A stretch of 64,000 bases of DNA from Lepidodermella squamata. Taxonomy: Eukaryota > Animalia > Gastrotricha. The notes under the pieces are model-generated. The model saw nothing but the letters and a program-made list of their open reading frames with translations, did no database searches and was not told where the DNA came from. Shown piece after piece: positions 37,801 through 51,638 of the stretch (the stretch's first letter is position 1; every line of letters starts with the position of its first letter). The stretch covers positions 3,038,001 to 3,102,000 of the forward strand of contig JBLDXI010000007.1 in NCBI GenBank assembly GCA_047495785.1, given 5' to 3'. The translations under genes were made by a program, and so were the position numbers.

Positions 37801-39301
37801 GCCATTACTAAGGCGATTATCGCGGTAGCCAACAAGAAATCCTTGTCCTGATGGCGATACTGCATATGTAGCAGTCTTTTGCCCTTTGATTATGTTGTCC
37901 TGAAGGGCGGTGACCGTTTTCGTTGTAGCATCGAATTGGGCGGAGATGAATTGGTATTTGTCTACAGATGGGTATGTCCAAGTGATGTAATCCGACCCAC
38001 CACTCTGTAGCTGTGGATTGAACCACACGCTACCTGGAGCATCATAGCTTACATGGACGCCAAATCCCCCGCTCGCCGGATTATAAAGCCACTCTGCTAA
38101 CGCTGTTGATAATCGCGACTGGGCGAAGAGTGATATAGCGTAGCTGCCAGTCAGAGTAGTTGACGCTTGACATGTTGGACTTGTCATGTTGAGATAGGCC
38201 TGATTGAAGTACAGCCCGCCTCCAATCGAGCCAAAAGGGCCATAGGCTGGCGTGATGCTCCCTGTCGTTGGATACACTAAAGGGTCGCAACCGCCAATCA
38301 AGTCTCTTCCTCTGTGAGCCGCTGTCATAGGCCACAGTCCGATCAGATTTTCCGGTTTGTACAACGAATATCGCTCTGTTTTCAATTCCAATTGAAAAAA
38401 CTGTTCGATTTTACGCTAATTTTACCTTTGGATATTAGGCGCCAATAGATTTGATAGCCGTAGCTGACTGCTTTGTGATCCGACGTGAATGTTATCTTGA
38501 CGTCAACTCCGTACAGTCGAAGAGTTCCCGGATTCCCGGCAAATGATTTGTAAGATACCCAGTTGCCCCAAGCCGCATCTCCGACGGAAAAGGTCAGGCT
38601 GTCCCCATCTTCCAGATCATACTGATTAGTGACAAGTTCCACCGAATCAACAGACTGATCGACATCGATGATCACACTACACTGCACGTTAGTCGGGTAC
38701 GGATCCGGAAAAAAGGGTGAAGTCAGCACTCCATGTCTTGAGGTGTTCGGGAAAATGTATGGTTGTGGGCTCAGTTCACAGCCGAACACAGCTCGCTGAT
38801 ATGTCCAGGTCAGTCGAAATTTTGCAGGGTCAGAATAATAAGCGTAGTAGCTATAAGTGTCACTAGACCATCTCATCTGGAAATGACCAACGTTCCTTTG
38901 GCTGTTGAACCAATCTCCACCGATATGCATCCACGTATCCACAAGCTGAAAAATATGCAAGATTACGTCCGATGACTGTAATATGATAAGCAATTAACGT
39001 AATTATAGCCGGATCCAGTATTTGTCCAGCCTTGAAGTCTGTCACCGCCTGATCCGTCGTGATTCCATTCGAGTACCCTGAATGAAATGTAGTCGTAGTA
39101 GGGGTTGGCGACCTTGAACTCGAAATTGCACGAGACCCCCATTCTGTAGTAGTTCGGATACCTATCACTTTGAATATAGCCCCACTTTTGAACCGAAGCG
39201 TCGATTGATACAGGGGATGAACATAGAGTATACGAATCTCCCGGTGCTTCGTGAGAAATTTGTATAAACGCGCTGACAACAACACCCAGCGCGAACAACA
39301 T
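31813..39301 (-). CDS. Secreted mosaic protein copy 1 (~2315 aa): SP-CUBx2-LamG/pentraxin-like x3-MAM-CTLD-MAMx4-PAN-EGF-fibrinogen(FReD)
   Basis: 10 frame-consistent exons: 39301-38999, 38945-38426, 38375-36177, 36064-35814, 35754-35664, 35611-35354, 35292-34990, 34939-32978, 32928-32645, 32589-31813. Motifs: TSPFFPDPYPTNVQC (CUB), WQFVTVRYD (LamG), CDFDSDFCGW and GDIAIDDV (MAM), CPKDWVEFGRKCY (CTLD), CLQLC..C.S.NF....CQLN (PAN), PRDC...GEYWLGLD...GWWY (FReD). Confidence 0.88.
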
Positions 39302-40850
39302 TTCTCTTTTGAAAAATTTCGGATGAGATAACGGAGCTATATTATTGAATGAAAGAGGATTTGTTTTCACAAAATGACAGTTTTCAATGAACGCGCGTTC
39401 CCCTAAAAATTGCGAAAAACGCGTGTTCCGCTAGCTATTCCAGCGCAACGCGCTTTCATCTGTTGCGCGCATTCCCCTACGACATCTATACATGTATAAT
39501 GACAGCAAGGGTTAGAGACTTTCAGAGCTGGAAATTCTAATTTAGTTCACACAGGCAGGTATCAAATGACTGGTTTGACACTAGCGGGAGCAGCGCAAGT
39601 ACTAGAAAAACTGTCTCGACTATATCGCGAGGAAGTTGTTTCATGATGAGCAAATATTCGCGGATCTAGATATTCGCATTACTTCGCGTCAAAGCCGCGA
39701 AAAAGAACAGTTTTACGGGAATTGCGCTGTAGTTAGGTGTCACAGAACCGAGAACAAAGTAACCGCTCACTTTGTTTCCACATGGGGCGATAGGGTGCTC
39801 AATCGGGACCCTAAAGATAACGGCAGCTTATCTCAAACCAAGAGTTATCTTGGCTATGCTAAATGTAAAGCATAGCTTACTCATCCGGTCCAGGAGTCAG
39901 CCTATCCCATACCAGCGATCTGATTTCCAATCTATCAGATTCTATCGAACTTCGCTTAGTAAAAACTTCAATAAACGAATTTTACTTTGGGGTTCAACGT
40001 TGTTTATCGGGGGTGTGCGTAATACAAAACCTTCAACGGATTGTTTACATGAAACAAAAAAGTTATGTGAAAGTAGACCACGGAGGTTGTTCATGCGGGA
40101 AGTAAATACATTCGGTTCATGTAAAAGCGCTGTTTCTGCAATGTCTCATGGAGTACAGCTTGCTTCGTCAAGACAAATGTAGTGACGTATGACATGACGG
40201 ATGGCAATATTGCGCCGAGTTTTATCTGTTGGGGAACTGTTTTGTTAAATTATTAATCATTTCACGGAAAGGCACATGGTCGCTTACTTCCTGAATGAAC
40301 TTTAATATTTATGCCTTATTCCTTCTGATGGTTCAAGGACATCAGATAGGTGTGATACTCATACGATAAGTGATTATTCATGCTTTTAGCGGCTGACTTG
40401 GTGATCGACCCATCTCACCATAGTGATACATTGTGAACGCTCAATGAGCCCCCAGTTCCTTTCAAGCATTTGTTTGCGCTGAACAAATAGCTTCATCACC
40501 TTGGAATGAAATACTGCCCAGGGTGATCGGGGTTGAATTAATGCATTTTCCGAATTCTGAGTGCTCCTCAATGGAATATTTAAAACGTTGGAAGTGAAGG
40601 CAAGACGGAAACATTATTAATTTACCGTAATTCTCGAAATGCCAGCTAATAAATGTTAGATGTTAAATTTTTGCGCGATAACGCTATCGAGTTTTTCTCA
40701 GCCTTTATTTCGGTTAAATTTATGTCACTAAACACTGATAGGACAGCTCGATATGGGGCCAATCATGCTCCAATCTTGATCCAAGTGCATCTGGTAATGC
40801 CTATGTTGATGAAAGTTGGAAAAATACGTATTAGATATATGTCTCAAAAT

Positions 40851-41135
40851 GTGGTTTAGTTTTATAGCCTCTACATAGCTACGCAAGCCCTTGAGAGCGA
40901 GGTTCGACTCCCGGCGACAGCAGTCGTTGCGGAAAAAAATCGAACAGGATGAGCGTCATCTATCATCCACTCGCTTTCGGGCCTGCGGTCGACCAAGCCG
41001 CCAGAAAGTGGTACCGCTTTGCGGGTAATGGGCTGAAATGCTGCGAACACCTAGCCCCAGATCCAGCATGCATACCTCGAGATGGGTTCCAGTTTACGCT
41101 CAGGGCCTAGAAAGGGAAATGAGCGCCTCAGTATT
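40851..41135 (+). mobile_element. Probable tRNA-derived SINE
   Basis: A-box-like gtggtttagt (40851) and B-box GGTTCGACTCCC (40901), followed by a GC-richer body. No complete cloverleaf visible. Boundaries approximate. Confidence 0.45.
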
Positions 41136-41694
41136 TTCCCACAGGAACTTGCTACCCAATGTCTCAAAATCATTGAGAACAAAGACCAGGGTAAAGCTAA
41201 AGTTAAAATTTTGATCTGCATTATTAAATCAAGTGCTTCCCAAAACGAATATCTCCGTCGTTCACCAAATAAAATTTGAGGTAGGCAATTGCTGCTAAGT
41301 CTTGATCACGTCAAAATGAATGAAAGCGTAGTGAAAACGAGGTTTTTGTATCGTAACAACGGTTGAGTTGCCCACCTCAAATCTTATACCATGTGAAAGA
41401 GCAGCTCGCGTTCTATATACCTGCAAAATTTGGTGAACGATGGAGGTGGAGACGTTTGGAGTGATCCATAGTGAGTGATCTATATTTAGTAAACCCGTTG
41501 AGTTGCAGATGCTGAGGAATTAATGCAATAGCTGTTTATTATCACCCAGCAAAATCTTTCTTCAGTCACAAAGAACTGCGAGTATCCCTGTGACTGAGTC
41601 ATGACAATTTTACTCTAAGTTAAACATAAAATATCACGATTTCCGAATCGACGGAAACTCTTTAGAAAAAGTCGTTGTTAAATTTGTCTGCATT

Positions 41695-44600
41695 TCACTG
41701 ACGGGTGATTCGCCAACGCATGGCCGACAAGCCAACGGCTGTATTGTTGAAATCATTGGCGTACATGCCGAACTTCCCCGTCGACAGGGCTTCACCCGGA
41801 CGGTAGGGCCCGGTGAGTAGCCCATTGATGCAGGTAGGCGAGGCAGCGTACCACCAGCCTGAGAAGGCGTACGAAGCCAGACAGGCTGAATTTGCGGATG
41901 GTGGGGAATCTTTAGCCAAGAATAGTTGATTATTCATGCTTGTGGCCATTGTGCCAGTTGTTGATAGGGCGATGCGGTAGTTGTCACTGGCTGGTGAGAT
42001 TTTCAGCGGCTGGCTTGCACCGCCAAAGAACGAAGTAAACGATACACCAGCAATGCTCCCATCAAAAGCATAGGTATAGTTGAATTGGCTTGTCAGTTGG
42101 GACATGATGTCCAAACCTAACCAATACTCTCCGTTCGGATTACCGAAGAATTGCTGGTACTCATCAAGCCGGCGATTGCTGAACCTTGTGACACCGTTAT
42201 TTCTATTGGCCATAACAGTCCATCCTCTGTTGGTTACCGTATCCATTTCACAGTAAGTCATAGTTGCTATTGAAGTTAGTGCTGGCTGGATAAGATAGGT
42301 TCCACTTGCCCGGTAGCCATTGGTGAATAGGCTAGAGCAGTCCCGAGGCATGTAGCAGCTTTGACGGGGCTCTAAACATCGGCAGACATACATGTCTGTA
42401 TGTGGCATGGCGACGCAATTTCTGGTTAGGGTGCATCGAGTTGAATCAAGGGTGCAAATATGACGCAATCTCTGTGGCAAGAAACAATAAATAATGTGAA
42501 TTTCTGGTAATGCTTTATTTATGACATCTTACCGCCTCCAGTTGGAAAAAAGCTGACGCTATTCTGGTTAAAGAAACTGTAGCAGGGGCGACGTTGAAGT
42601 TCATAGGATCTGCCTCTGGAATGTCGTCATTAAGCTGACATAAGCCTGAGCTTGAGTCAAAATTGAACGATCTGCATGTACGATTCGCTCGGCAAAGTTG
42701 CAAGCATGCCACGTACGTCACGCCAGTAACGTTAGCAATACCGTGCTGATAAACTGCGAAGCCTGTCTGGCTGGGATAGGAGTCTATGGATGATCCATTG
42801 CTTGCAGCATTAGGATCTAAAAGAAATATATATGAATGAACGAATCATGATCAAAATATGCGGAACTAACTCGAGGCACAAGGACCATCTGTGACACTTA
42901 TATCATCCAGACCGAGCTCAGCGTATTGTGATGAAGCAGAATATGTGATTTGGATGTTAAATGGCACGTTTGATCTTATCGTTGTCACAATTCGCCGCCA
43001 ATCGTAACCAGTAGTTCCACCTCGAACTCTGTAGACAACATCTGAGTTTCTTGACACAGTCAACACTCCTATGGATCTTCCACGAAGGTTGTAGGAAACC
43101 TGGAAGCATACAGTAGATGCGCCTGGGATTGTGGGGCTTATAAGTCTGGCGAAAGAACCAGTCGGGCCGCCAGTTCCTGGAGCGTAGGCATAGAAACCAC
43201 CCGCATAATCTCCTGTGTTATCACCCTCTGGACCGCTTATAGGAGAACCCGGTGTCTTGCCGCGGCGGACGGTGAATTTACGGTTTGCAGTTCTGTCGAT
43301 GATCCAGGCGCAAGTGTCGCCCCTTTCAAAGCTGCAAGAAAATGACCGATCTTGAGGACATGATCCACGGAGTAGAACAACATCATCGATGGCGATATCA
43401 CCCCGATCACCGTTGCCTCGGATGGCTTCAAATGTCATGACCTGAGGATGATTAAACTGCAAGGGAACCATCGCCCGCAGCCAATAGTTTGCCTGTGACC
43501 CTGACCGTGCGAAAACCTGAATTTCGTTATACGGAGGGAAGTTGCCGCCATAAGTTGATGATAGGTTTTTGGGGACGTAGAAAACTCGTAAGGTTCCGAC
43601 ATCGCTGCCCCACATGTGGTAGAAAAATGTGAGGCAGTGGTTGCCAGCAGCGATCGGTGGCATGTGAATTCTTGCTCTCGCTCCAGGCCTTACACCGGTT
43701 GCGTCAAAGTACATGTAATGGCCAGCTCCTGTCCGCTGGTCAGCATTTGGTCCTGTCAATCCGTTGCCTGCTGGAGTTTCACCTTTGTTGCGTACCCAGT
43801 CGCTATCATCCGTTTCATTCTGACGCCATCCACAGTCCGCAATACTGGTGGCGGTATCGAAGTCACAATCCATATATCCCATGCAAAGATCAGTTCCATT
43901 TCTGACGTAGATGTCATCGATTTGAATGGCGCCGAATCTTTGATAGTGAGTGAAACCGTCAAAGAGAGCCGAGCTACTCGTAAAGGTCAGTACAGTTGGC
44001 GTTAGCTGATTCAGCAAGATACGGTGTTCCCGCCACGTTGGCAACTGATCACCCTGAACAGCGAACAAGAAACGCCCGGTTTGATCGCTGAGACGGAATT
44101 CGCCAGCGTCGTAGCCGAACTGGAAATAGTGGAAAATGACACAGCGGAGTCCGGCGGGAACTGCTGGACCGCTCAGCCGGGTGACTCCCGTCAACGAAGT
44201 GCCCAGGTCATTATCGGCGTTCAAGTAGTTGCCTTCCCCCGTGTAGTCTGACTGGGGGCCGGTTCGCTGATGCGTGGCCGGAAGGTCAAATGAGTCGCAC
44301 GTCCAAACGTCATCGCTAAATCTTATCGGTCGCCACTGTGGCAAGTTCAAGTCAGTGCAATAGAAAAAATTGGCGTCGTTTATCGAATCGGTCGCATCCT
44401 GCCAAGATGGCAGCGGTCGAATGCTGTTTGTTGTATAGGTAGCGTATTGAGAGTTTGGCGTCACAGTACAAGGTCCGTCAAATAACATGAAATCGTCGAC
44501 AGCTTGGTTAGCCAGGCCTTTTCCGTCGCAAACACTCCAGATGCGGATCACGATTCGATACTCCACTTGGTAATTCAATTCGACCTGGAATGTTCTCCAT

Positions 44601-47600
44601 GTCAATGCAGTTCCGTCTACATTTCCGGTTATAGTCCATCCTGGTATAGCACCGAAGCCATTTGTAATTAGACCTGGCACAATCTCAATTTTATTTGACA
44701 CTGCCGATCGGTAGCTACGGAAGCGGAAGCATTTCGGCGCTCCTGGTTTAATGATGGGCGAACTCATATCAGTATACAAACTGCTGCACGTTGGTGCTAT
44801 TTTGTCAGCAGTCATCGCATAGTAACCACGAGTGTCTGGCTCAAATATATTAGAACCAAATCGCAACAAATTTGAATAAAACTCACTGCCTTGATTCCAG
44901 TCCCAGTTGGGGCCGTTTTGATTCACATCAGTTTCCCATTGGCCGCCGAGGCCTGACCAAGTGTCAAAATCCATGGTAGCTCCGGTAGTAGGGTCGTTAG
45001 TGTCCCCGTCGTAATTCCACCAACCGCACAGGTGTTTGTCGTCGAACGTGCAGTTGAAAGTAACATACTGCGCTTTCAACGAGTCGATTTCGCAAACAAT
45101 AGCATTGGTAGCTGAGCTTGTTATTCCAAGAAAACCGCTCGAACTCATTGCAATGAGAGTGTTAGATCCTGGTTGTCCTGAAGCCCAGGCTAATTTTGGA
45201 AGCACAGATAGATAATAAGCTCGACTGTTTCCACTAATATTTTACGCAAGTATTGAATAGGATATCCGTCGGCGTCGAGCCAACTCGAGCCAGATTTGTA
45301 TCCATCGATGTTGATAGTTGTAGAGCCGATCACGCTTTTCAAGAAATCGAACTCGGCTTGATTCTCTGGGCGAGCAACATAACCATGAAATCGCCTTCGG
45401 CACCACATATTATAGGCATTAGAAGATGTGTCCACGGATGCAAGCAGTGTGAAATAGCATTTCCTTCCAAATTGAATCCAGCCTTTAGGACACGGGGCTG
45501 AAAATCATTAACGGGAAACATTAACGGAAATGGGATAAAGTGTTAACTAACTCGGCGCATCACATACGCCATCTGTGACTCGCACACTGTCAATCGCAAC
45601 GTCCGAGTATTTGGACACTCCGCTTGCTGCAGTGAACGAAATCTGTGAGATGATGACTCTGGTTTTAAGCTGCTAACATTTAACAACTATTCATACCTGA
45701 TCTGGGGAGCTGAGATAAATTGATTTTGTTGCAAATCGCCATTGCTTGAATTGGTTGCCAGTCCTCGTCCAGAATTGCTGACCAGAAATGAACAGGGTAG
45801 CAGTCAGATAGTTTACGTCCTTCCCGCCCATGAAATACCAGAACGAGACGCACTTCCAACTAGGTTGAATCAGCGGAGATATCATCCGAGCCACTTTGCC
45901 ATTAGCACCCATAGCGCCGGCGTTCATCAGGGCATATTGATCAAGTGCTAATTCAAAAAACGAAATAATAAAAAAAATCACTGAAAGTTGCTTCAAACCC
46001 ACCGTCACTGCGCTGCTTTGAAATTCCGAAACGTGGACCTGTTGTGAAAATTTGAGATTGTCCCGTGGGTGTCGCATCATGCTCCAAGGTCCAGTCGCCA
46101 TCGTCGTTAGTATCTTGAGTCCACCCGCAGAAATCAGTGTCGAAATCGCAGTTGACTTCGCCAACTTGTCGACTGGTTTCATTGTACATTGCCGAGTCCA
46201 TGAGGTATGACTGGCACATGCCCATAAGTTGCGATATTTCGTCCTGCATTAACATTCTTGCGTAAACCGTCAAGCATGCAACTTTTGCTTTCAAGTTTTC
46301 CCCACTATTTATCCGTTTTCCGAGATTGAAGCCGTATGTCGACGCGACGCTGGGCACTGAGTTCCACATTCCAAGTAGAGCTGAGTCGCGAAACATTGCA
46401 ACTTGCCCGTTCTTTGAATCATATCTTACTGTGACGAACTGCCACTGTTGCCAATTGTAACCATCCACAGCTGTATAAAATCCGTTATTAAAATTGGCGA
46501 AAAACGTAGAGGCATAGACCCAAATATGGAAACCAGGTTGATTGCCAGCGACGAGATATTCAAGAAGTGGACCACCTGCAGCGTCCATGTTTTTCACGTA
46601 ACACGAGATTGTCCAAGATCCTGTTCCCAGGTTCAGATCAGCGTAAGGAAAGTTGATGTAGCTATTCGTGTCGTTGCCAAGGAGAAAAGCTGTATTCGGG
46701 ACTCCATAGGGACCGTCGGTCGGCACCACATTCGATGACTTGGGGACACCATGTAGCTCGTTGCCACTGATGTCAAGTGTTCCTGTTAAACCAGTGAGGG
46801 GCCAGAATCCATAGAGTTCGGGAAATATCGCAGGTCTACGATGGCCAGATAAGCACGCATCCATGACGTCTTTTATCTGGGCTGGGTTTAGGGCCACCCG
46901 ATACATGGACAAGCACGACATTTGTCCTGCCCAGACTGTTTTGTCAGACGGATTGGATGGAATGGCAAGAAAAAAGCCCAGAGCGGAGTTCATGCCAACC
47001 GTAACAGCGCCAATCGTGCTCGCGTAGATTTGATTTCCGTTGAAATAAAATATCAGTCTTCCAGACCGTTTATCATAGGTTACTGAAACGAATATCCACT
47101 GCGAGTAGTCGACACCGCCTACGATAGGGGTAACGCCTTGATTGTTGTTGCAAAATATGTTAACGTGGAAACTGGAGGCAGTATCGTGACGCAACAAGCT
47201 CATACCGCCACAGCCAGCTTCGTCGAACTGTAGAATGCCCATTCGACTCGCGGTGGATGACTTCACGAAAATATTGATGGTAAAAGCAGTTTTCATGGCT
47301 GTGAAGTCACTGATAACAGAGCCCCAAGCGTTCGAGGCACCGTTGAAATTAAGCGCTGTGTTAGTTAAGTTACTGGGACCGGTTGTTAGTGTGATACCCG
47401 CGATCTGATTGAATACGCCGTGCCTCTGATTTCCGCTGATGTCATCGAATACCATGTTGCTGTCGTAGCCATCCAGGGGCCACCATCCCATCAGACTGTT
47501 CGGGGCGAAAACTTCGTATTGGCGCTGAATTTTGCTGCACATGACCTTGACCTGCGCCAGCTCTTCAGCTGTCAAAGTTTTGTTATAGATACTCAGACAA

Positions 47601-49147
47601 GAAAGACGCGAAATCGAAGGTTTTCCGCCATTACTAAGGCGAGTATCTCGATAGCCAATAAGGAGTCCCTGCCCCGTTGGCGGCGATGCGGAGCTTGTTG
47701 AAGTCTTCTGACCTTTGATAACCGTGTCTTGATAACCAGTAACAGCTTTCGTTCCTGAGTCGTATTGGGCAGAAAGAAATTGATATCGATCAGCAGATGG
47801 AACTGTCCAACTAATTGCTTCAGCGCCGCCTGTTCCAGCTAGCTGCGGATTGAACCACGCCGTACCTGGTGAATCATAATGCACGTGCACACCATAGCCT
47901 CCGCTCGCGGTGTTATAAAGCCACTCTGTTAATGGCGTTGCGAATCTCGACTGGGCGAAGAGAGATATAGCGTAGCTACCAGCCAGAGTAGTTGAGGCTT
48001 GACACGTTGGACTGGTCATATTGAGATAGGCCTGATTGAAGTACAGCCCTCCTCCAATCGAACCGAAAGGGCCATAGGCTGGCGTAATGCTCCCTGTAGA
48101 TGGATACACTAAAGGGTCGCAACCGCCAATCATGTCTCTCCCTCTGTGAGCCGCTGTGAGAGGCCATAGTCCGATCAGGTTTTCAGGTTTGTATAACGAA
48201 TATCGCTCTATTAGCAATCAAAAGTTATACACCTAAGATTCCGTGCAAAAGTTATCCTGAGCAAAATAAACCTTTTGAGATGAGGCGCCAATAAATTTGA
48301 TAGCCATAGCTGACTGCCTTGTGATCAGATGTGAATGTTATTTTGACGTCGACTCCGTACAGCCGAAGAGTTCCCGGATTCGAAGTATATGACTTGTAAG
48401 ATACCCAGTTGCCCCAAGCTGCGTCTCCGACGGAAAAGGTCAGGCTGTCCCCATCTTCCAGATCATACTGATTAGTGACAAGTTCCACCGTATCAACAGA
48501 CTGGTCGACATCGATGATCACACTACACTGCACGTTAGTCGGGTACGGATCCGGAAAAAAGGGTGACGTGAGCACTCCATGTCTAGAAGTGTTCGGAAAA
48601 ATGTATGGTTGTGGGCTCAGTTCACAGCCGAACACAGCTCGCTGATATGTCCAGGTCAGTCGAAATTTTGCAGGGTCAGAATAATAAGCATAGTAGCTAT
48701 AAGTGTCACTGGACCATCTCATCTGGAAATGACCAACGTTTCTTTGGCTGTTGAACCAATCTCCACCGATATGCATCCACGTATCCACAAGCTGAAAAAT
48801 ATGCAAGATTACGTCCGATGACTGTAATATGATTAGCAATTAACGTAATTATAGCCGGATCCAGTATTTGTCCAGCCTTGAAGTCTGTCACCGCCTGATC
48901 CGTCGTGATTCCATTGGAGCACTCTGAATGAGATGTAGTCGTAAAGGGGGTTGGCGACCTTGAACTCGAAATTGCACGAGACCCCCGTTCTGTAATAGTT
49001 CGGATACATATCGCTTTGAATGTAGCCCCACTTTTCAACAGAAGCGTCGATGGAGGATGGAGTCTTGCACAAGGTATACGAATCCCCCGGTGTTTCATGA
49101 GAAATTTGTATAATCGCGCTGATAACAACACTCAGCGCGAACAACAT
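41695..49147 (-). CDS. Secreted mosaic CUB-LamG-MAM-CTLD-MAM-PAN-EGF-FReD protein, copy 2
   Basis: ORFs 48833-49159, 48252-48839, 45953-48217, 45691-46182, 45190-45435, 42866-45205, 42515-42721 and 41695-42480 are colinear with and highly similar to the copy-1 exons. ATG of MLFALSVV at 49147. Confidence 0.86.
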
Positions 49148-50450
49148 TAGACCTTTCACGGTGTTTATACAAAATATTGTATGACAAAACTAAGAAGTAT
49201 CGAATGGCAAGCTAGGAGAATAAAACAAACCTTCCCTGAGAATAAAACAGGTTTGATTAATAATTAAGAATTACTCAAAAAATGCATATCTTAGTTTGCT
49301 TTTTGACGGCGCTTTAATATTAATCACCTGATATCTCGTTCGAACGGGCTTATACCCACCTGGTAATTAGTAATGCCTGCTTAGCGGCTGACTTCTCTGA
49401 TCGAGCCATCTCACCATAGTGATACCTTGTGATACTTTGTGAACGCTCCATAAGCCCAGAGCTACTTTCAAGCCCTTTTGTTCGCCCTAAGTAAACACGG
49501 TGCAACTTCAGAAATTTCTCTACATTTCGAATAGTTGTTAGTTGCATGTATTACGCACTAGACGGAATTATCGAATAACATATATAATTTAGGTAGTTCT
49601 TTCTTGTAACATTTTGTACGTCTAACATCGATTACAGTTTTCATTTTGCAACATCTTGAGGGTCAACATTGCTTCCATTTAGAGTTCAGCTGTGAAAAAT
49701 GGCGATAAAAAATTAGTTCAGGTTGGATCAACAAATAATATTGAAATATACCCAGATAAAATTAACTTTGGGCGTGTAGTGAATGTTCGATGTTCATCAT
49801 CTATGAATTCTGAATATGCATTACTCATCTCTATAGCTATATAGCTATCAATTCTTTCCCTCCTTGGGAAGCAGCAGGTCAGATTTTAATTTTAACATTT
49901 GCACTGCTTTGAGGGATTTTATTATTATAGTTTTTCATCTCATCATCATTTTTGACTTTGCTAAAAGCGAAAAACTAAACTCCAGCTTTGAATGTGGGAA
50001 CCTGTAGCGAATCTTTCTTCATTTTTGAGGAGGGATGTAGGGGATGTTGTCTGCTCCAATATAGGAATTCTGTGTGAAACATGTAATTCGTGGGTTCACC
50101 TTCCACCGTGATGTCAGCTCAATGCCAGCTGCCAGCTGTTGACTCTGCATCTAACATCATGTAAACATATTGCCAAGAACTATTATGTATTACTGTTTTA
50201 TTGGTATTTATTGATGCAGCATTCTGAAAAGCATATTGCAAGAAAATCCTTTCTCCTTCTCCTTTAGCTTTCTCGAGGACTTTATCCAATTATTTTGAGG
50301 TGCTGCTTAAATCATGAACAAAGATGGCTGACATAACACAATGCACTTCATTGGAGCAACTAAAAATCAAGTTGTTGATCTTCAAAATTGTTTTATTCCA
50401 GTTTCTAGGATTTAAGTATCTGAGAATCACGTAAAATTGTTTCCTAGCCA

Positions 50451-51253
50451 ATGCCGCCGAAAAAGAGCACTCGAAAGCGTAAATCCTCGGTAGAGGAGGA
50501 AGTTGATGGATCGAAATCAAAACGATGTGAAAGCCGCCCCAAGAATCCTACTTCAACACGATGTGATTTCGAGTTCTTCAATACCGACACCATCAATCTT
50601 GCAAGAAACCTCCTGGGGCATAAACTGGTCAGCGAGTTCAAACAAGGCGAGCGTTTATCTGGAATTATCGTGGAAACTGAAGCTTATCCAGGCGGTTCGG
50701 ATCTTGCCTCTTCGACGTGCGGCGGTAAGCAGACGAAGCGAAATGAAGGTCTATTCAAACCAGCCGGTACGCTCAACGTTCATCAAAGTCACGCCGGGAT
50801 GTTCATCCTTAACATTTCGTCCGCAGGTTTGAAGCTACATTTCATCCTTCATTCTTGTTACAGAGAATTTTTTCAGAAAATGGCGGCGGCGTGCTGATTC
50901 GGGCTCTTGAGCCTATCGAGGGAACTGAGATAATGCGTTTGAACCGAGGCCTGAAAGCTGATAATGCAAGTTCATCAGTAGAAGAAACTGAGAAGGAGAC
51001 GAAGAAGTGGATGGGAAATCTCTGTAATGGTCCGGCTAAACTTTGCCAAGCTTTGGGTCTATCCAAGGCCAATACTCACCTGACAGATGCAGCCTGCGGC
51101 GACAGTAAAGTCTACGTTGAAGTAGTGCCGGGGTCACAAGTGGAAATTGTCGAGTCGACTAGGGTCGGTATCGACAATGCCCAGGCCGAGTGGCGAAACA
51201 AACTGTGGCGTTTTCTTTTGAAGGGCTCAAAGTTTGTTAGTAAGAAGGCATGA
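50451..51253 (+). CDS. MPG: DNA-3-methyladenine glycosylase (AAG/MPG family), join(50451..50826,50877..51253), ~250 aa
   Basis: Family motifs GIIVETEAY, LNISS, VLIRALEP, NGPAKLCQALG, RVGI, WRF. 50-bp phase-1 intron. Basic NLS-like N-terminus PPKKSTRKRK. Confidence 0.93.
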
Positions 51254-51638
51254 TTGTTTGAAATAAATTGATGATTGAAATAAATTGAGAGCGTTGATGT
51301 CTTTCTCTTTCTTTGAATGGTGATTTGTTCTGGGGCCTAAACCGACCAACGATACCATCCTGAGAACAAATCCATAAATACAAGGCGCGTCCCTATGCTA
51401 GCAGGAATCTTCCAAAGAATTTTCCATTTTATTATTTGTAGGTAATACAACTTTGGACAGCTGAAAGCAGCTTTCCCATTTGAGTTCATCATAGGCTTTT
51501 AAATTCATCAGTTCATTTCAGGTTTCCATTTCTTAAATCAATAGACGAGAAATCAACAGATAATGATTTCGGCTTTATGTATTTCTAGGTAAATTATCCG
51601 CGCGATTTTTATCGCTCTTCCGCTATATTGGCTGGTTT

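Noticed and set aside
40851-40925. Functional tRNA gene
   Set aside because: The B-box is present but I cannot fold a convincing cloverleaf; treated as a SINE head.
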